This document shows, piece by piece, positions 45,379-55,704 of a stretch of DNA of 63,337 nucleotides (position 1 is its first letter; every line of letters starts with the position of its first letter). The DNA is from Eubacteriales bacterium (lineage in GTDB: Bacteria > Bacillota > Clostridia > Oscillospirales > CAG-272): contig JAZRAJ010000067.1 in the NCBI GenBank assembly GCA_045634485.1, forward strand, positions 1 through 63,337, in the 5' to 3' direction. The translations under genes and the position numbers were made by a program. The notes beneath the pieces were generated by a model. That model made no database searches and had not been told where the DNA came from. It saw only the letters and a program-made list of their open reading frames with translations.

Positions 45379-47268
45379 ATGAAAATTAAATCAAAGCTAT
45401 TTTCCCTGCTTCTATGCTTGGTAATAGCCTCTACCTCTCTCGTATCCTGTGCAAATAACATCATCGAACCAAATCAAAACGATACGACGAGTCCAAGCAA
45501 CAACGACTCTCAAGACTCTACAGTAGACGAAGAAAAAAATCTAATACTTTACAATAACGGCGAATACACCGCAAAATTCATAATGCCCGACACTGCGTCG
45601 GATATCGAAAAGGCGGTTTACGCAAAGCTCCGTAGCACTATAAAAAACAAAATAAAGGCAGACGTTACCTACAACACCGACATTATTTCCACGGAGGTCG
45701 AGCGTGACCCCGATGAAAACGCCGTGTTGCTTGGAAACACCAACTACGAGGAATCAAAGCAAGCCTACGAAAATATGAATTACGGCGACTACGCAATAAA
45801 GGTTATAAACAACAAAATCGTTTTATCCTTTACCGCAAAGGCTGACGGCAACGAGCTTGTTGAGCTACTCTCAAAGGCGATAAAAACCAACGACGAGGGA
45901 TGCTATTGGGTACCCCGCTCCTTCTCGGTAGTAAAGCAAGCACTCCCCCAGCTTAACGGACTTCCAAAATATCCGTCAAGCGATACCTCACTCGTTGACT
46001 GTAATGACAGTACGTCAATGATAGTTGCCAACCGCACAACCTTAAATGACTTTAATGGCTATTGCGCAGAGCTTGAAAAATTGGAATTCACGCTCAACAC
46101 TTACCGTGACAACGTAAACGGCAACTACTTCCGCACCTACGTTAAGGGCGGACTTGCGGTAACCGCTTACTTTACGCCCTCCTCAAAGACGGCTCGTATA
46201 ATAGCAGGACCCGCAACCGACATTCCAAGCAACGTAAAGGACGAAACGCCCGAAACGGTTGCTCCCTCGCTTACGATTCTTTCGCAGGGCGAGAGATACG
46301 ATAACGGTCTTGGAATGGTTTATCTCTTACCCAACGGAAAATTCCTTATAATTGACGGTGGATACGTAAGAGGAAAAAATCTTTACAACATTCTTGAGGA
46401 CTTAGCGCCAAACAAAAACGAGATTGTGATTGCCGCTTGGTACATATCGCACACTCACGGCGACCATCAGCAATCGATAACCTCATTCTTAAGAGAGCGA
46501 TACAAAAACGTTAAGCTTGAAAGCGTTCTTTACAACTACACCACAACCGAGCAATATAATGCGATAACCACGGGTGCCGAGGGCGCAAGCAGTGCAAAGG
46601 GCTTTGACAATACGATATTTAATTATCTTAACGGTACCGATACAAAGATAATCAAGCCTCACTCGGGTCAGATATACACATACGGCTCTGCAACGGTTGA
46701 AATAATGTATACCGTAGAGGACGTATTACCTAAGGCGCTTGACTACCTTAACACCTCTTCCTTGGTTGTTCGCGTAACGATTGGAGAGCATACGATGCTC
46801 GCGCTTGCCGACACAACGCACGTTTCGGGAGATATACTCCGAAATATGTACGGCTCGTATCTTGAATCGGATATGGTTCAGCTTGCTCACCACGGTACCT
46901 ACCCCGGCTACGCAAGCCTCTATAGCACGATTAAGGCGCCAATACTTATATGGCCCTCGAACCTAACCAATGCAAAGACGCAGATAAGCAACAGTGCGGT
47001 GGCAACAGCGGTAAACTACGCAACCGACATATATCTGGCAAACTCAGGAAACGTAACGCTCACGCTCCCCTACACGCCAATTAACAACAAGCAAGAATTT
47101 TTAGATAGCCTTAACGGCACTAACAATAATAAGCCTGCTGAAGATAATACCGGTAATACAGGTAACACTGATAATACAGGAAATACAGGAAATACAGGCA
47201 GCTCAAGCAATACAAGCAATAAAGTAAATGGAGGAAATGAAGAAAATGAAGAAGACCTTGATGATTAA
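45379..47268 (+). CDS. Lipoprotein MBL-fold hydrolase (paralog 4) with Asn/Thr/Gly-rich tail
   Basis: ATG 45379 after AGGAGG; lipobox LVSC; SHTHGDH, LALAD, DMVQLAHHG. Confidence 0.88.
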   Translation: MKIKSKLFSLLLCLVIASTSLVSCANNIIEPNQNDTTSPSNNDSQDSTVDEEKNLILYNNGEYTAKFIMPDTASDIEKAVYAKLRSTIKNKIKADVTYNTDIISTEVERDPDENAVLLGNTNYEESKQAYENMNYGDYAIKVINNKIVLSFTAKADGNELVELLSKAIKTNDEGCYWVPRSFSVVKQALPQLNGLPKYPSSDTSLVDCNDSTSMIVANRTTLNDFNGYCAELEKLEFTLNTYRDNVNGNYFRTYVKGGLAVTAYFTPSSKTARIIAGPATDIPSNVKDETPETVAPSLTILSQGERYDNGLGMVYLLPNGKFLIIDGGYVRGKNLYNILEDLAPNKNEIVIAAWYISHTHGDHQQSITSFLRERYKNVKLESVLYNYTTTEQYNAITTGAEGASSAKGFDNTIFNYLNGTDTKIIKPHSGQIYTYGSATVEIMYTVEDVLPKALDYLNTSSLVVRVTIGEHTMLALADTTHVSGDILRNMYGSYLESDMVQLAHHGTYPGYASLYSTIKAPILIWPSNLTNAKTQISNSAVATAVNYATDIYLANSGNVTLTLPYTPINNKQEFLDSLNGTNNNKPAEDNTGNTGNTDNTGNTGNTGSSSNTSNKVNGGNEENEEDLDD

Positions 47269-49057
47269 ATCTATCTCACTTTTACTCGTAATTATTATGG
47301 CGTCGACCGCGCTCCTCTCGTGTGTTTCAAGCCCTAACGAGGAAACCGAAGGTAGCACCGATGCAACCGTTACCGACACTGAAAAGTCGGAAACCGATGC
47401 ACCCGGCAGCGTTGACGCATCAAAGTTCCCCGACGGTGCTTTCCCGATTTTTGACGGTAAGAATTACACCGTAAGGGTTGTAAACGCAGACGCTGCAAGC
47501 ACTGTTGAAAGACAGGTTGCTACCACTCTTAGAAGCGAGCTTAAGAAGAAAACCAAGCTTACCATCACCGAAAGCACCGACTATTTGGGCGTTTCTGGCT
47601 CACACGACCCCGAGGCTTACGAGATACTCGTTGGAAAGACAAATCACAAGGAGTCGACGTCGGTATATAAAACCGTTGACTACAACAACTACGGTATTAA
47701 GACCATCGGCAGAAAAATAGTTTTCCACTTTGCTACCCTTAGCGAGGGCGAGGAGCTTATTACACTCTTTATAAACGCACTCCAAAGCAACGATAAAAAG
47801 GCATTTTGGGTTGAAAGCGCACTCTTTGCTTCAAAGATAAGCTCTCCCGTAACCACGGGACTTCCCAAGTACCCCGACTCAAATTCCTCGGTTAACACCG
47901 GAGATAACACCACTATGATAGTTGCAAAGAGCACGTCGCTTAGCAGCTTTAACACCTACTGTAACACTCTTAAGAGTGAGGGCTACGAGGAATACTCCAA
48001 GCGTGAGAATATCGACGGCAACTACTTTAGAACCTACACAAAGGGCGAAACCGCAGTTACCGCATACTTCTCCAAGGGCAGAGGCCAAGCGAGAATTATC
48101 GTAGGTCCTATAAAGGATATCCCCTCCAAGGAGGTAGACGAAACTCCCGAAACCTTTAAGCCTTCGGTTACTATGATAGGTCCGAGCGAAAGCGTTAGCG
48201 GAAGCCTTACTATGATATATATGCTTGAAAACGGTAAATTCTTGATAATCGACGGCGGCATCATTCTTGCCGACAGAATTTACAAGGAGCTTAAGGAGCT
48301 TCAGCCCAACGCAACCGAATACGTAATTGCAGGCTGGTTTGTATCTCACCCCCACAACGACCACCAGGACGGTATTGAGTACTTTATCGAGCAGCACGGA
48401 GATGACGTAACGATTGAAAACATCTACTTCAACTACGCGCAAGCATCTTATTATAACAATCTTACGTCAGATGATCACCAAGACCCCTCTCTTAGAGAAG
48501 GTCCCAGAGTTACAAAGCTTCGTGAGCTTCTTGATAAGAAGGTTAGCAGAAACACAAGGATAGTTAAGCCTCACACAGGACAGATTTACACCTTTGGCTC
48601 TGCAACCGTAGAGATTATCTCCACCGTTGAGGACCTTCTCCCCACCGCGCTTCCCCACGTAAACGAAGCGAGTATGGTAGTACGCGTAACCGTTGCAGGA
48701 CAGTCAACGATGATTCTTGCCGATGCTTCCACGAGTATGAAGGGCATAATCAGATCTATGTATGATACGCACGTAAGATCTGATATGGTAACGCTTGCCC
48801 ACCACGGTGTTTGGGACACTACACCTGCGTTATACAACGAGATAAAGGGTAAGGTCCTCTTCTGGCCCAACAATACAGCGGGCGCAAGAATGTACTACAC
48901 CGATAAATCCACAACCTCCGAGGCAAGACAGGCGATACAAGCCGCGCTCGACAATGCAACCGACGTATTCCTTGCAAAGGGAACCGATACAAAGCTTATG
49001 CTTCCATACACTCCCGTTGGAAACAAGAGCAGCTTTATCAACTCCACACTTAAATAA
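47246..49057 (+). CDS. Lipoprotein MBL-fold hydrolase (paralog 5)
   Basis: Lipobox LLSC; SHPHNDH, MILAD, DMVTLAHHG; start uncertain (47228/47237/47246). Confidence 0.88.
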   Translation: MKKTLMIKSISLLLVIIMASTALLSCVSSPNEETEGSTDATVTDTEKSETDAPGSVDASKFPDGAFPIFDGKNYTVRVVNADAASTVERQVATTLRSELKKKTKLTITESTDYLGVSGSHDPEAYEILVGKTNHKESTSVYKTVDYNNYGIKTIGRKIVFHFATLSEGEELITLFINALQSNDKKAFWVESALFASKISSPVTTGLPKYPDSNSSVNTGDNTTMIVAKSTSLSSFNTYCNTLKSEGYEEYSKRENIDGNYFRTYTKGETAVTAYFSKGRGQARIIVGPIKDIPSKEVDETPETFKPSVTMIGPSESVSGSLTMIYMLENGKFLIIDGGIILADRIYKELKELQPNATEYVIAGWFVSHPHNDHQDGIEYFIEQHGDDVTIENIYFNYAQASYYNNLTSDDHQDPSLREGPRVTKLRELLDKKVSRNTRIVKPHTGQIYTFGSATVEIISTVEDLLPTALPHVNEASMVVRVTVAGQSTMILADASTSMKGIIRSMYDTHVRSDMVTLAHHGVWDTTPALYNEIKGKVLFWPNNTAGARMYYTDKSTTSEARQAIQAALDNATDVFLAKGTDTKLMLPYTPVGNKSSFINSTLK

Positions 49058-49072
49058 TATTAATTTAAAAAT

Positions 49073-50923
49073 ATGAAAACGAAAAAGCAATTTCAGCTTA
49101 CTGCATTTTTCCTCGCACTCGTTATATCGCTTAGTGCTTTTTCCGGGTGCGCGGGAAAATTTAAAAACGAAGGTCTTGGCGAAAGCGGCTCCGATTCCTC
49201 AATTGCCACCGACGGCGATTATATCGACGATGATTATCTCGAGGAGGATTTAGACGGAGAACCCGGAAAGTACACTCCAACGGTTGACCAAAGCAAATTC
49301 CCCGACGGTGCCTTCCCGATATTCGACGGCTCGGCTTATACAATAAAGGTAGTTGTGTCCGATACGGCAAGCGCAACCGAAAGACAGATTGCCACCAAGC
49401 TTAGAAGCGAGCTTAAGAAAAAGACGAAAACAACGATTTCGCAAAGCACCGATTATCTTAAAAAGAACGAATCCTACGATTCAAGCGCCTACGAGATTCT
49501 CGTTGGAAAAACTAACCACATAGAATCCGACTCGGTTTACAGATCAATCGACTACAACAACTACGGCATAAAAACGATAGGCAACAAAATCGTTTTCCAC
49601 TTTGCAACCATTGACGAGGGCACCGAGCTTGTTTCGCTCTTTATCAATGCACTAAAGAGCAACGAGCAGAAGGCGTTTTGGATAAAGAACTCTATCTTTG
49701 TTTCAGAGATAACCTCCCCCGTGCTTACGGGACTTCCAAAGTACCCCGACTCCTATACAACCACCGATTGCGGAGATAATACCTCTATGGTGGTTGCAAA
49801 AAGCACCTCCCTCTCAAACTTCAACAAGTATTGCGAAACGCTTACCTCAAACGGATACACCGAGTACTCTAAGCGTGAGAATATCGACGGCAACTACTTT
49901 AGAACCTATACTAAGGGCTCAACCGCAGTTACCGCATATTTCTCCAACGGCAGAGGTCAAGCAAGAATTATCGTAGGTCCTATAAAGGATATCCCATCCA
50001 AGGATAAGGACGAAACACCCGAAACAGTTAAGCCCTCGGTTACTATGATAGGACCGAGCGACAACGTTAGCGGAAGCCTTACGATGATATATCAGCTTGC
50101 AAACGGTAAATTTATAATAATCGACGGCGGAATTATTCTTGCCGACAGAATTTACAAGGAGCTTAAGGAGCTTCAGCCCAACGCAACGAAATATACGATT
50201 GCGGGATGGTTTATATCGCATCCGCACAGCGACCACCAGGACGGTATTGAATACTTTATCGAGCAGCACGTACACGAGGTTAACATTGAAAACATTTATT
50301 TCAACTATGCAAAGTCCTCCTACTACGATAACCCCTCGGATAAGGACCACACCAACGAGCGTGAGGGCGCACGTGCTACCAATCTTCGTGAAATTCTTGA
50401 AACAAAGGTTTCCCGCTCAACGAGAATCGTAAAGCCCCACTCGGGTCAGATATACAATTTTGGCTCTGCAACCGTAGAGGTAATTTCAACGGTTGAGGAC
50501 CTCCTTCCCACGCAGATGCCCTACGTAAACGATACGAGCATGGTTTTGCGAATAACAGTTGCAGGACAGTCGACGATGCTTCTTGGCGACGCTTCAAAGA
50601 ATATGAAAAACATTATTCGAAGCATGTACGATTCGCACGTAAAATCCGATATGGTAACGCTTGCGCACCACGGAGTATGGGACTTTAACCCCGAGCTTTA
50701 CAACGAGATAAAGGCCAAGGTGCTCTTCTGGCCCAACAATACGGCAGGCGCTAAGGAGTTTTATAACAAGTCAAGCTCCACCGAGGCAAAGAAATCGATT
50801 GACGCTGCGCTTAAGCACGCAACCGACGTATTCCTTGCTAAGGGCACAGACACAAAGCTTCTGCTCCCATACACTCCCGTTGGAAACAAGAGCAGCTTTA
50901 TAAACAACACCTTTAATAAATAA
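49073..50923 (+). CDS. Lipoprotein MBL-fold hydrolase (paralog 6)
   Basis: Lipobox FSGC; SHPHSDH, MLLGD, DMVTLAHHG; close copy of paralog 5. Confidence 0.88.
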   Translation: MKTKKQFQLTAFFLALVISLSAFSGCAGKFKNEGLGESGSDSSIATDGDYIDDDYLEEDLDGEPGKYTPTVDQSKFPDGAFPIFDGSAYTIKVVVSDTASATERQIATKLRSELKKKTKTTISQSTDYLKKNESYDSSAYEILVGKTNHIESDSVYRSIDYNNYGIKTIGNKIVFHFATIDEGTELVSLFINALKSNEQKAFWIKNSIFVSEITSPVLTGLPKYPDSYTTTDCGDNTSMVVAKSTSLSNFNKYCETLTSNGYTEYSKRENIDGNYFRTYTKGSTAVTAYFSNGRGQARIIVGPIKDIPSKDKDETPETVKPSVTMIGPSDNVSGSLTMIYQLANGKFIIIDGGIILADRIYKELKELQPNATKYTIAGWFISHPHSDHQDGIEYFIEQHVHEVNIENIYFNYAKSSYYDNPSDKDHTNEREGARATNLREILETKVSRSTRIVKPHSGQIYNFGSATVEVISTVEDLLPTQMPYVNDTSMVLRITVAGQSTMLLGDASKNMKNIIRSMYDSHVKSDMVTLAHHGVWDFNPELYNEIKAKVLFWPNNTAGAKEFYNKSSSTEAKKSIDAALKHATDVFLAKGTDTKLLLPYTPVGNKSSFINNTFNK

Positions 50924-50949
50924 CACCTTTAAATATCACAGAGGTAAAA

Positions 50950-52779
50950 ATGAATAGCCAATTTAAAATTATAGCGTTACTGCTTGCGCTAATTATGCTT
51001 CTTGGAGCAATTACCGCTTGCAGCAATGCTACTAACGAAAATGATGGCGAGAGTGATAATGACACGGCATCGGGAACATCAACCGATGCCGAAGTCGTAA
51101 GTAAAGCAGATCTCTCACTCTTCCCCGAAAATGCGTTTCCAATTTTTGACGGCACTGCTTACGCCACAAAGGTTGTAACGTCCGATACCGCATCATCAGA
51201 CGAGCGTCAGGTTGCGGCAAGCCTTAGAAGCGCACTTAAATCACAAACAAAGGTTACGCTTAACTCAAGCACCGACTTTTTAAACAAAGGCGAAGCCTAT
51301 GATGTAAGCGCTTACGAAATCCTCATAGGCGAAACCAAGCACGAGGAAGCACAAAGCGTATTCGGCTCGCTCTCCTTTAATAGCTACGGCATAAAGCTTA
51401 TCGGCAACAAAATAATTTTCTATTTTGACACGGCTGATGAGGGTAAGGAGCTTGTTTCGCTCTTTATGTCGTCGATACAGGCCACCGACAAGGGTGCATT
51501 GTGGGTTCCAAACACGATAAACGTTGCAAAAAACTCCACGCTTCAGCTTATCGACGTGCCGAAATATCCCGCAAAAACACTTACTAACGTTGATTGCGCA
51601 GACGATACCTCAATGGTAATTGCAAGCAACACAAGCCTTGCGGTATTTAACGAGTATTGCACAACGCTTACGGCAAACGGATTTGCGGAATACTCCAAGC
51701 GTGAGAATGTCGACGGCAACTACTTTATGACCTACACCAAGGATCAAAAGGCTCTCACGATTTACTACTCCGAGGGTACGAAGCAGACGAGAATTATTTC
51801 GGGTCCGCTTAAGGATATCCCCTCAAAGGAGATAGACCAAACACCCGAAACCTACGAGCCCTCGCTTACCTTCGTTGCGCAGAGCGAAAGCACCGGTAAT
51901 GGTCTTGCACTTGTTTATCAGCTTCCCAACGGCAAATTTATAGTGGTTGACGGTGGATATTATTTAAGCGACAGAATATACAAGGAGCTTAGAGAAATCC
52001 AACCCGACGCAAATAAGCTTACGATTGCTGCTTGGTTCGTATCGCATCCGCACATCGACCATCAGGAGGCATTGGAGAACTTTATAAGACAGCACAGTAA
52101 CGAGGTTGATATCGAGAGCATCTTCTTTAACTACGTAGATGCGGAATATTACGATAACCTCACCGCCTCCGATCAGCAAACCGAGGATGCAAAGGAAGGA
52201 AAATCTGTAAACAAGTTGCGAAATCTCGTTGATAAATACCTCTCCCGCGACACCATGATAATCAAGCCCCATACAGGACAGGTTTATAGCTTTGGTAAGT
52301 CGGCTGAGGTTGAAATAATTTGGACCATTGAGGACTACCTCCCCACCGCACTTGACAGAATTAACACCTCAAGCATGGTAATTCGCGTAACGGTGGCAGG
52401 AACCTCAACTATGGTTCTCGGCGATGCAACGGGCGTTTCCAAGCAGATAATGCTTAAGATGTATAACGAGCATCTAAAATCCGATATCGTAACGCTTGCG
52501 CACCACGGAATTTGGGTTGACACTCCCGAGATGTATACTGCAATAGCGGCGTCTGTCCTCCTTTGGCCATCTAATACAGCATCGGCAAGAGAATTCTACT
52601 ATGCTCTTGAGCCTTCTAAGACAACCTTTTCTCAGCCTGCAATTAAGGAGGCGCTAAATAAAGCGACCGACGTTTATCTTGCAAAGAACATAGATAATAA
52701 ATTCAGTCTTCCCTATACGCATATTAATAATAAGGAAGAGTTTATGAACGTTACTCTTTATCCACCTAGCGAAAATTAA
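50950..52779 (+). CDS. Lipoprotein MBL-fold hydrolase (paralog 7)
   Basis: Lipobox ITAC; SHPHIDH, MVLGD, DIVTLAHHG. Confidence 0.88.
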   Translation: MNSQFKIIALLLALIMLLGAITACSNATNENDGESDNDTASGTSTDAEVVSKADLSLFPENAFPIFDGTAYATKVVTSDTASSDERQVAASLRSALKSQTKVTLNSSTDFLNKGEAYDVSAYEILIGETKHEEAQSVFGSLSFNSYGIKLIGNKIIFYFDTADEGKELVSLFMSSIQATDKGALWVPNTINVAKNSTLQLIDVPKYPAKTLTNVDCADDTSMVIASNTSLAVFNEYCTTLTANGFAEYSKRENVDGNYFMTYTKDQKALTIYYSEGTKQTRIISGPLKDIPSKEIDQTPETYEPSLTFVAQSESTGNGLALVYQLPNGKFIVVDGGYYLSDRIYKELREIQPDANKLTIAAWFVSHPHIDHQEALENFIRQHSNEVDIESIFFNYVDAEYYDNLTASDQQTEDAKEGKSVNKLRNLVDKYLSRDTMIIKPHTGQVYSFGKSAEVEIIWTIEDYLPTALDRINTSSMVIRVTVAGTSTMVLGDATGVSKQIMLKMYNEHLKSDIVTLAHHGIWVDTPEMYTAIAASVLLWPSNTASAREFYYALEPSKTTFSQPAIKEALNKATDVYLAKNIDNKFSLPYTHINNKEEFMNVTLYPPSEN

Positions 52780-52792
52780 TTTATATATTTCA

Positions 52793-53054
52793 CGGGGAAG
52801 AAAGCTTTTTTTGAAAAAAGCTTTTCTTCCACGTAACCCCATTTTCAAAAAACTTTGAAAATGGGGTTTTATTTTTTGCTGTTATTAGTGCGCTCGACGG
52901 TTGAGAGCGGTGTGTTCGCACCGCACCCTATCAGAAAGTTTTTAGTCAAGTTTTTTTCAAAAAACTTGCGGGCTTGGGCAGAGCCCATAAAACGGCGTTT
53001 TCTTTTTGCCAAACTTTTTCTTTGCGCCTCTCGTGCCAAAGAAAAAGCGGTATT
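52793..53054 (+). repeat. Dispersed repeat copy 3
   Basis: Same modules and core as copies 1 and 2. Confidence 0.9.
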
Positions 53055-53335
53055 ATGGCTTATATGCTTTATAGCGGGCGACCACGTTCATCCGCCTGCA
53101 TCAAATTTATTAAAACAATATTCAATAGAACAATATTTGCGTAAATCTTCCTTTTATCCACAAAAAAGAACGCTATATGTTTTCTGTGTGAAGAAACCCT
53201 GTTTTCGGCTTTATTTTGCACAAAAAGGCTTATTCTTTTTTATCTATTCCGCTAATTGAAAAGAAAGGCACATTATGGTAAAATATACTATGGAAGAAAC
53301 TTCGTAAATAAGAATAAATACAAGGAGATATGCTT

Positions 53336-55300
53336 ATGAAAACAAAGTTAATTTTTATTAAGTCAATTTCTCTGTTATTAGTCTTTTTAATGCTATTTTC
53401 CGCACTTATCTCCTGCGCAGGCGGGCTTGAAGGTAGCGGCGAAAGCTCCGACGTAACAGAGGACGGCACTACGTTGGATGGCGACGATGCAAACGGCGAC
53501 GATGCAAACGGCGACGGTGCGCAAAGCGCAGACGGCTCTATCGTTATCTACGAGGATGGCGTTCAGCTTGGTAACGTTGTTCGTCCCGATACGCCCAGCG
53601 ATATTGAAAAAACCATATATAACGATATCCGTGAGCTTATAAAGAAGAAAATGGGTGAGATGCCCTCTTTCTCATCCGACTTTGATGCTCAGGACGGTCC
53701 CGCAATTCTCATAGGAGATACAAAATGCAAGGAGTCCACAAGCGTAAAGCTTAAGGAGGGTCAGGCAAAGGCTACCGTGGTTGGCAACAAGTACGTTATT
53801 AAATGGACCACTGAGGCATCTGCTATCGAGCTTTTTGCAAAGTTTGAGGAAACCTTTAAAAAGAACGTAAAGAACAAAAATATGACCATTACCTCAAAGT
53901 GGAACATAACGGTTACCGTTGAGGAGGTTAAGTTTGACGAAAACGGTCTTGCATCCTCTATTACACTTCCCAATATTTCAAGCACGGGACTTAAATGGAA
54001 CACAAACGGACGCGACTCCGGCCACGGCTCAACGATCTATATTGCAAACAATGCAAATTCCACACACTTTGCAAAGTACACTACGGCTCTTAAGACTGCA
54101 GGCTTTACGCCCTACGCAACTAACAAGCTTCACACCTGTGAGTTTGCAACCTTCGTTACCAAGGATCAGATAGTTCACGTAATGTTCTTTGCTCCCCAGA
54201 ATGTAATTAAGGTTACTGTTGACCCCAGAAGCACGTTCGGTCTTCCCGGTATCAAGGGCGAAAACGATACTCCCAACACCAACAATACCCCCACCCAGTT
54301 CGTTCAGCTTGGAATGAGTCAGGTTTCGGGAGAAGCAAACGGAATGGGCTACATCGTTAAGCTTCCCAACGGCAAGTTCATAGTTGTTGACGGTGGATTT
54401 GCGTACGACAGTGGCGGAGGCGGCGGCTCTGCAACGTTCCTCATAAATACTATGAAAAAGATGCAGGGTAACAATAACAAGCCTGTAATTGCGGCATTTA
54501 TCATAACTCACATTCACACCGACCACGCAGGCGGATTTATGGGTATAGCAAACAAGCATAAAAACGACGTAATCATTGAAAAGCTCGTTTATAACCAGCC
54601 AAGTGATGCGCAGATGAATTCCGTTAGCAATATGAAAGGTCGTATAAATTGGGTTCCCAATGCAATAAACACGCTTAAAAAAGCAGGTAGCTTACAAACT
54701 GTAGTTAAGGCGCATCCCGGAATGCAGCTTCACTATACAGGTCTTACCATAACCATTATGGGCTCTATTGACGTAATTGAAAATTCAGACCACAAGAAGA
54801 TGGAAAACGGTAATAACGCCTCTGTTGTATGTATGTTCGACATGTACGGCAAAAAGGTTCTTATCACAGGTGATGCTGAGCCACTTGAAAGTAGAGCTAT
54901 TCGCGATATTTACGGTGGTATCGGCAATACAAATTCCGTACTCAAGGCAGATTTCACTCAGACTCCTCACCACGGCTACGGAAATACTAATACCGACTAT
55001 AAGAGCGGAAATGACCAGAACGCTCTTAACGTTATGGCAAGTGGTGGTGTTACCGCGGCAGGACAGAGTAAGACATACGCACTTGTCCCCGTTGCTCTTT
55101 GGTCGGGTTCTGCCACAGGAGGATACCTTGACGACTCTCGCTCCAAGGGTTCAATGCAAATATTCCCTGCGAATATGCGTTTGGTTGCTGCCGATAAGAA
55201 TATGACCATTACGTTCAACACAAACGGAACGTACACAATAGACAAGGCAGAATATAATCATAACGGTCACAAGTTCTGGGTTGGTACTTGGAAAACCTAA
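53336..55300 (+). CDS. Lipoprotein MBL-fold hydrolase (paralog 8)
   Basis: Lipobox LISC; VVDGG, THIHTDH, LITGD, DFTQTPHHG; 15-bp tandem repeat (GDDAN) in the linker. Confidence 0.88.
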   Translation: MKTKLIFIKSISLLLVFLMLFSALISCAGGLEGSGESSDVTEDGTTLDGDDANGDDANGDGAQSADGSIVIYEDGVQLGNVVRPDTPSDIEKTIYNDIRELIKKKMGEMPSFSSDFDAQDGPAILIGDTKCKESTSVKLKEGQAKATVVGNKYVIKWTTEASAIELFAKFEETFKKNVKNKNMTITSKWNITVTVEEVKFDENGLASSITLPNISSTGLKWNTNGRDSGHGSTIYIANNANSTHFAKYTTALKTAGFTPYATNKLHTCEFATFVTKDQIVHVMFFAPQNVIKVTVDPRSTFGLPGIKGENDTPNTNNTPTQFVQLGMSQVSGEANGMGYIVKLPNGKFIVVDGGFAYDSGGGGGSATFLINTMKKMQGNNNKPVIAAFIITHIHTDHAGGFMGIANKHKNDVIIEKLVYNQPSDAQMNSVSNMKGRINWVPNAINTLKKAGSLQTVVKAHPGMQLHYTGLTITIMGSIDVIENSDHKKMENGNNASVVCMFDMYGKKVLITGDAEPLESRAIRDIYGGIGNTNSVLKADFTQTPHHGYGNTNTDYKSGNDQNALNVMASGGVTAAGQSKTYALVPVALWSGSATGGYLDDSRSKGSMQIFPANMRLVAADKNMTITFNTNGTYTIDKAEYNHNGHKFWVGTWKT

Positions 55301-55318
55301 AAACAAACTTGAATTTTC

Positions 55319-55347
55319 AGCTCCGCCGAGCAATCGGCGGAGCTTTT
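55319..55347 (+). terminator. Intrinsic terminator
   Basis: agctccgccga-gcaa-tcggcggagct plus T tract. Confidence 0.85.
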
Positions 55348-55388
55348 GTTGTAATTAAAGCACGCAAAATAATGAGAATGTGGAGTAT

Positions 55389-55450
55389 TATGGGGCTACT
55401 CGCCCCAATCCCTCGCAAGTTTTTTGAAAAAAACTTGACTAAAAACTTTC
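55389..55450 (-). repeat. Partial inverted copy of the dispersed repeat
   Basis: cgcaagttttttgaaaaaaacttgactaaaaacttt is the reverse complement of the repeat core. Confidence 0.8.
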
Positions 55451-55704
55451 TACTCGACTACATCTATAGCTCTACATTTAAGCACTATTTGGTGCTAAAT
55501 TCACTCAAACCCGTTTCTCTTCACAAAACCGTCAAAAAACAAATCTATTATGCACAATATACGTCAAAAAAATTTGGTAAAAATGTGTATTGTGACAAAC
55601 GGCTATTTGTGATATAATTATCATAGGAATGAAATAACTTTTCAATATATTATATACACGTATATTTTATATATTGTATATTAAAGCAAGGAGGAAAACA
55701 ATAT

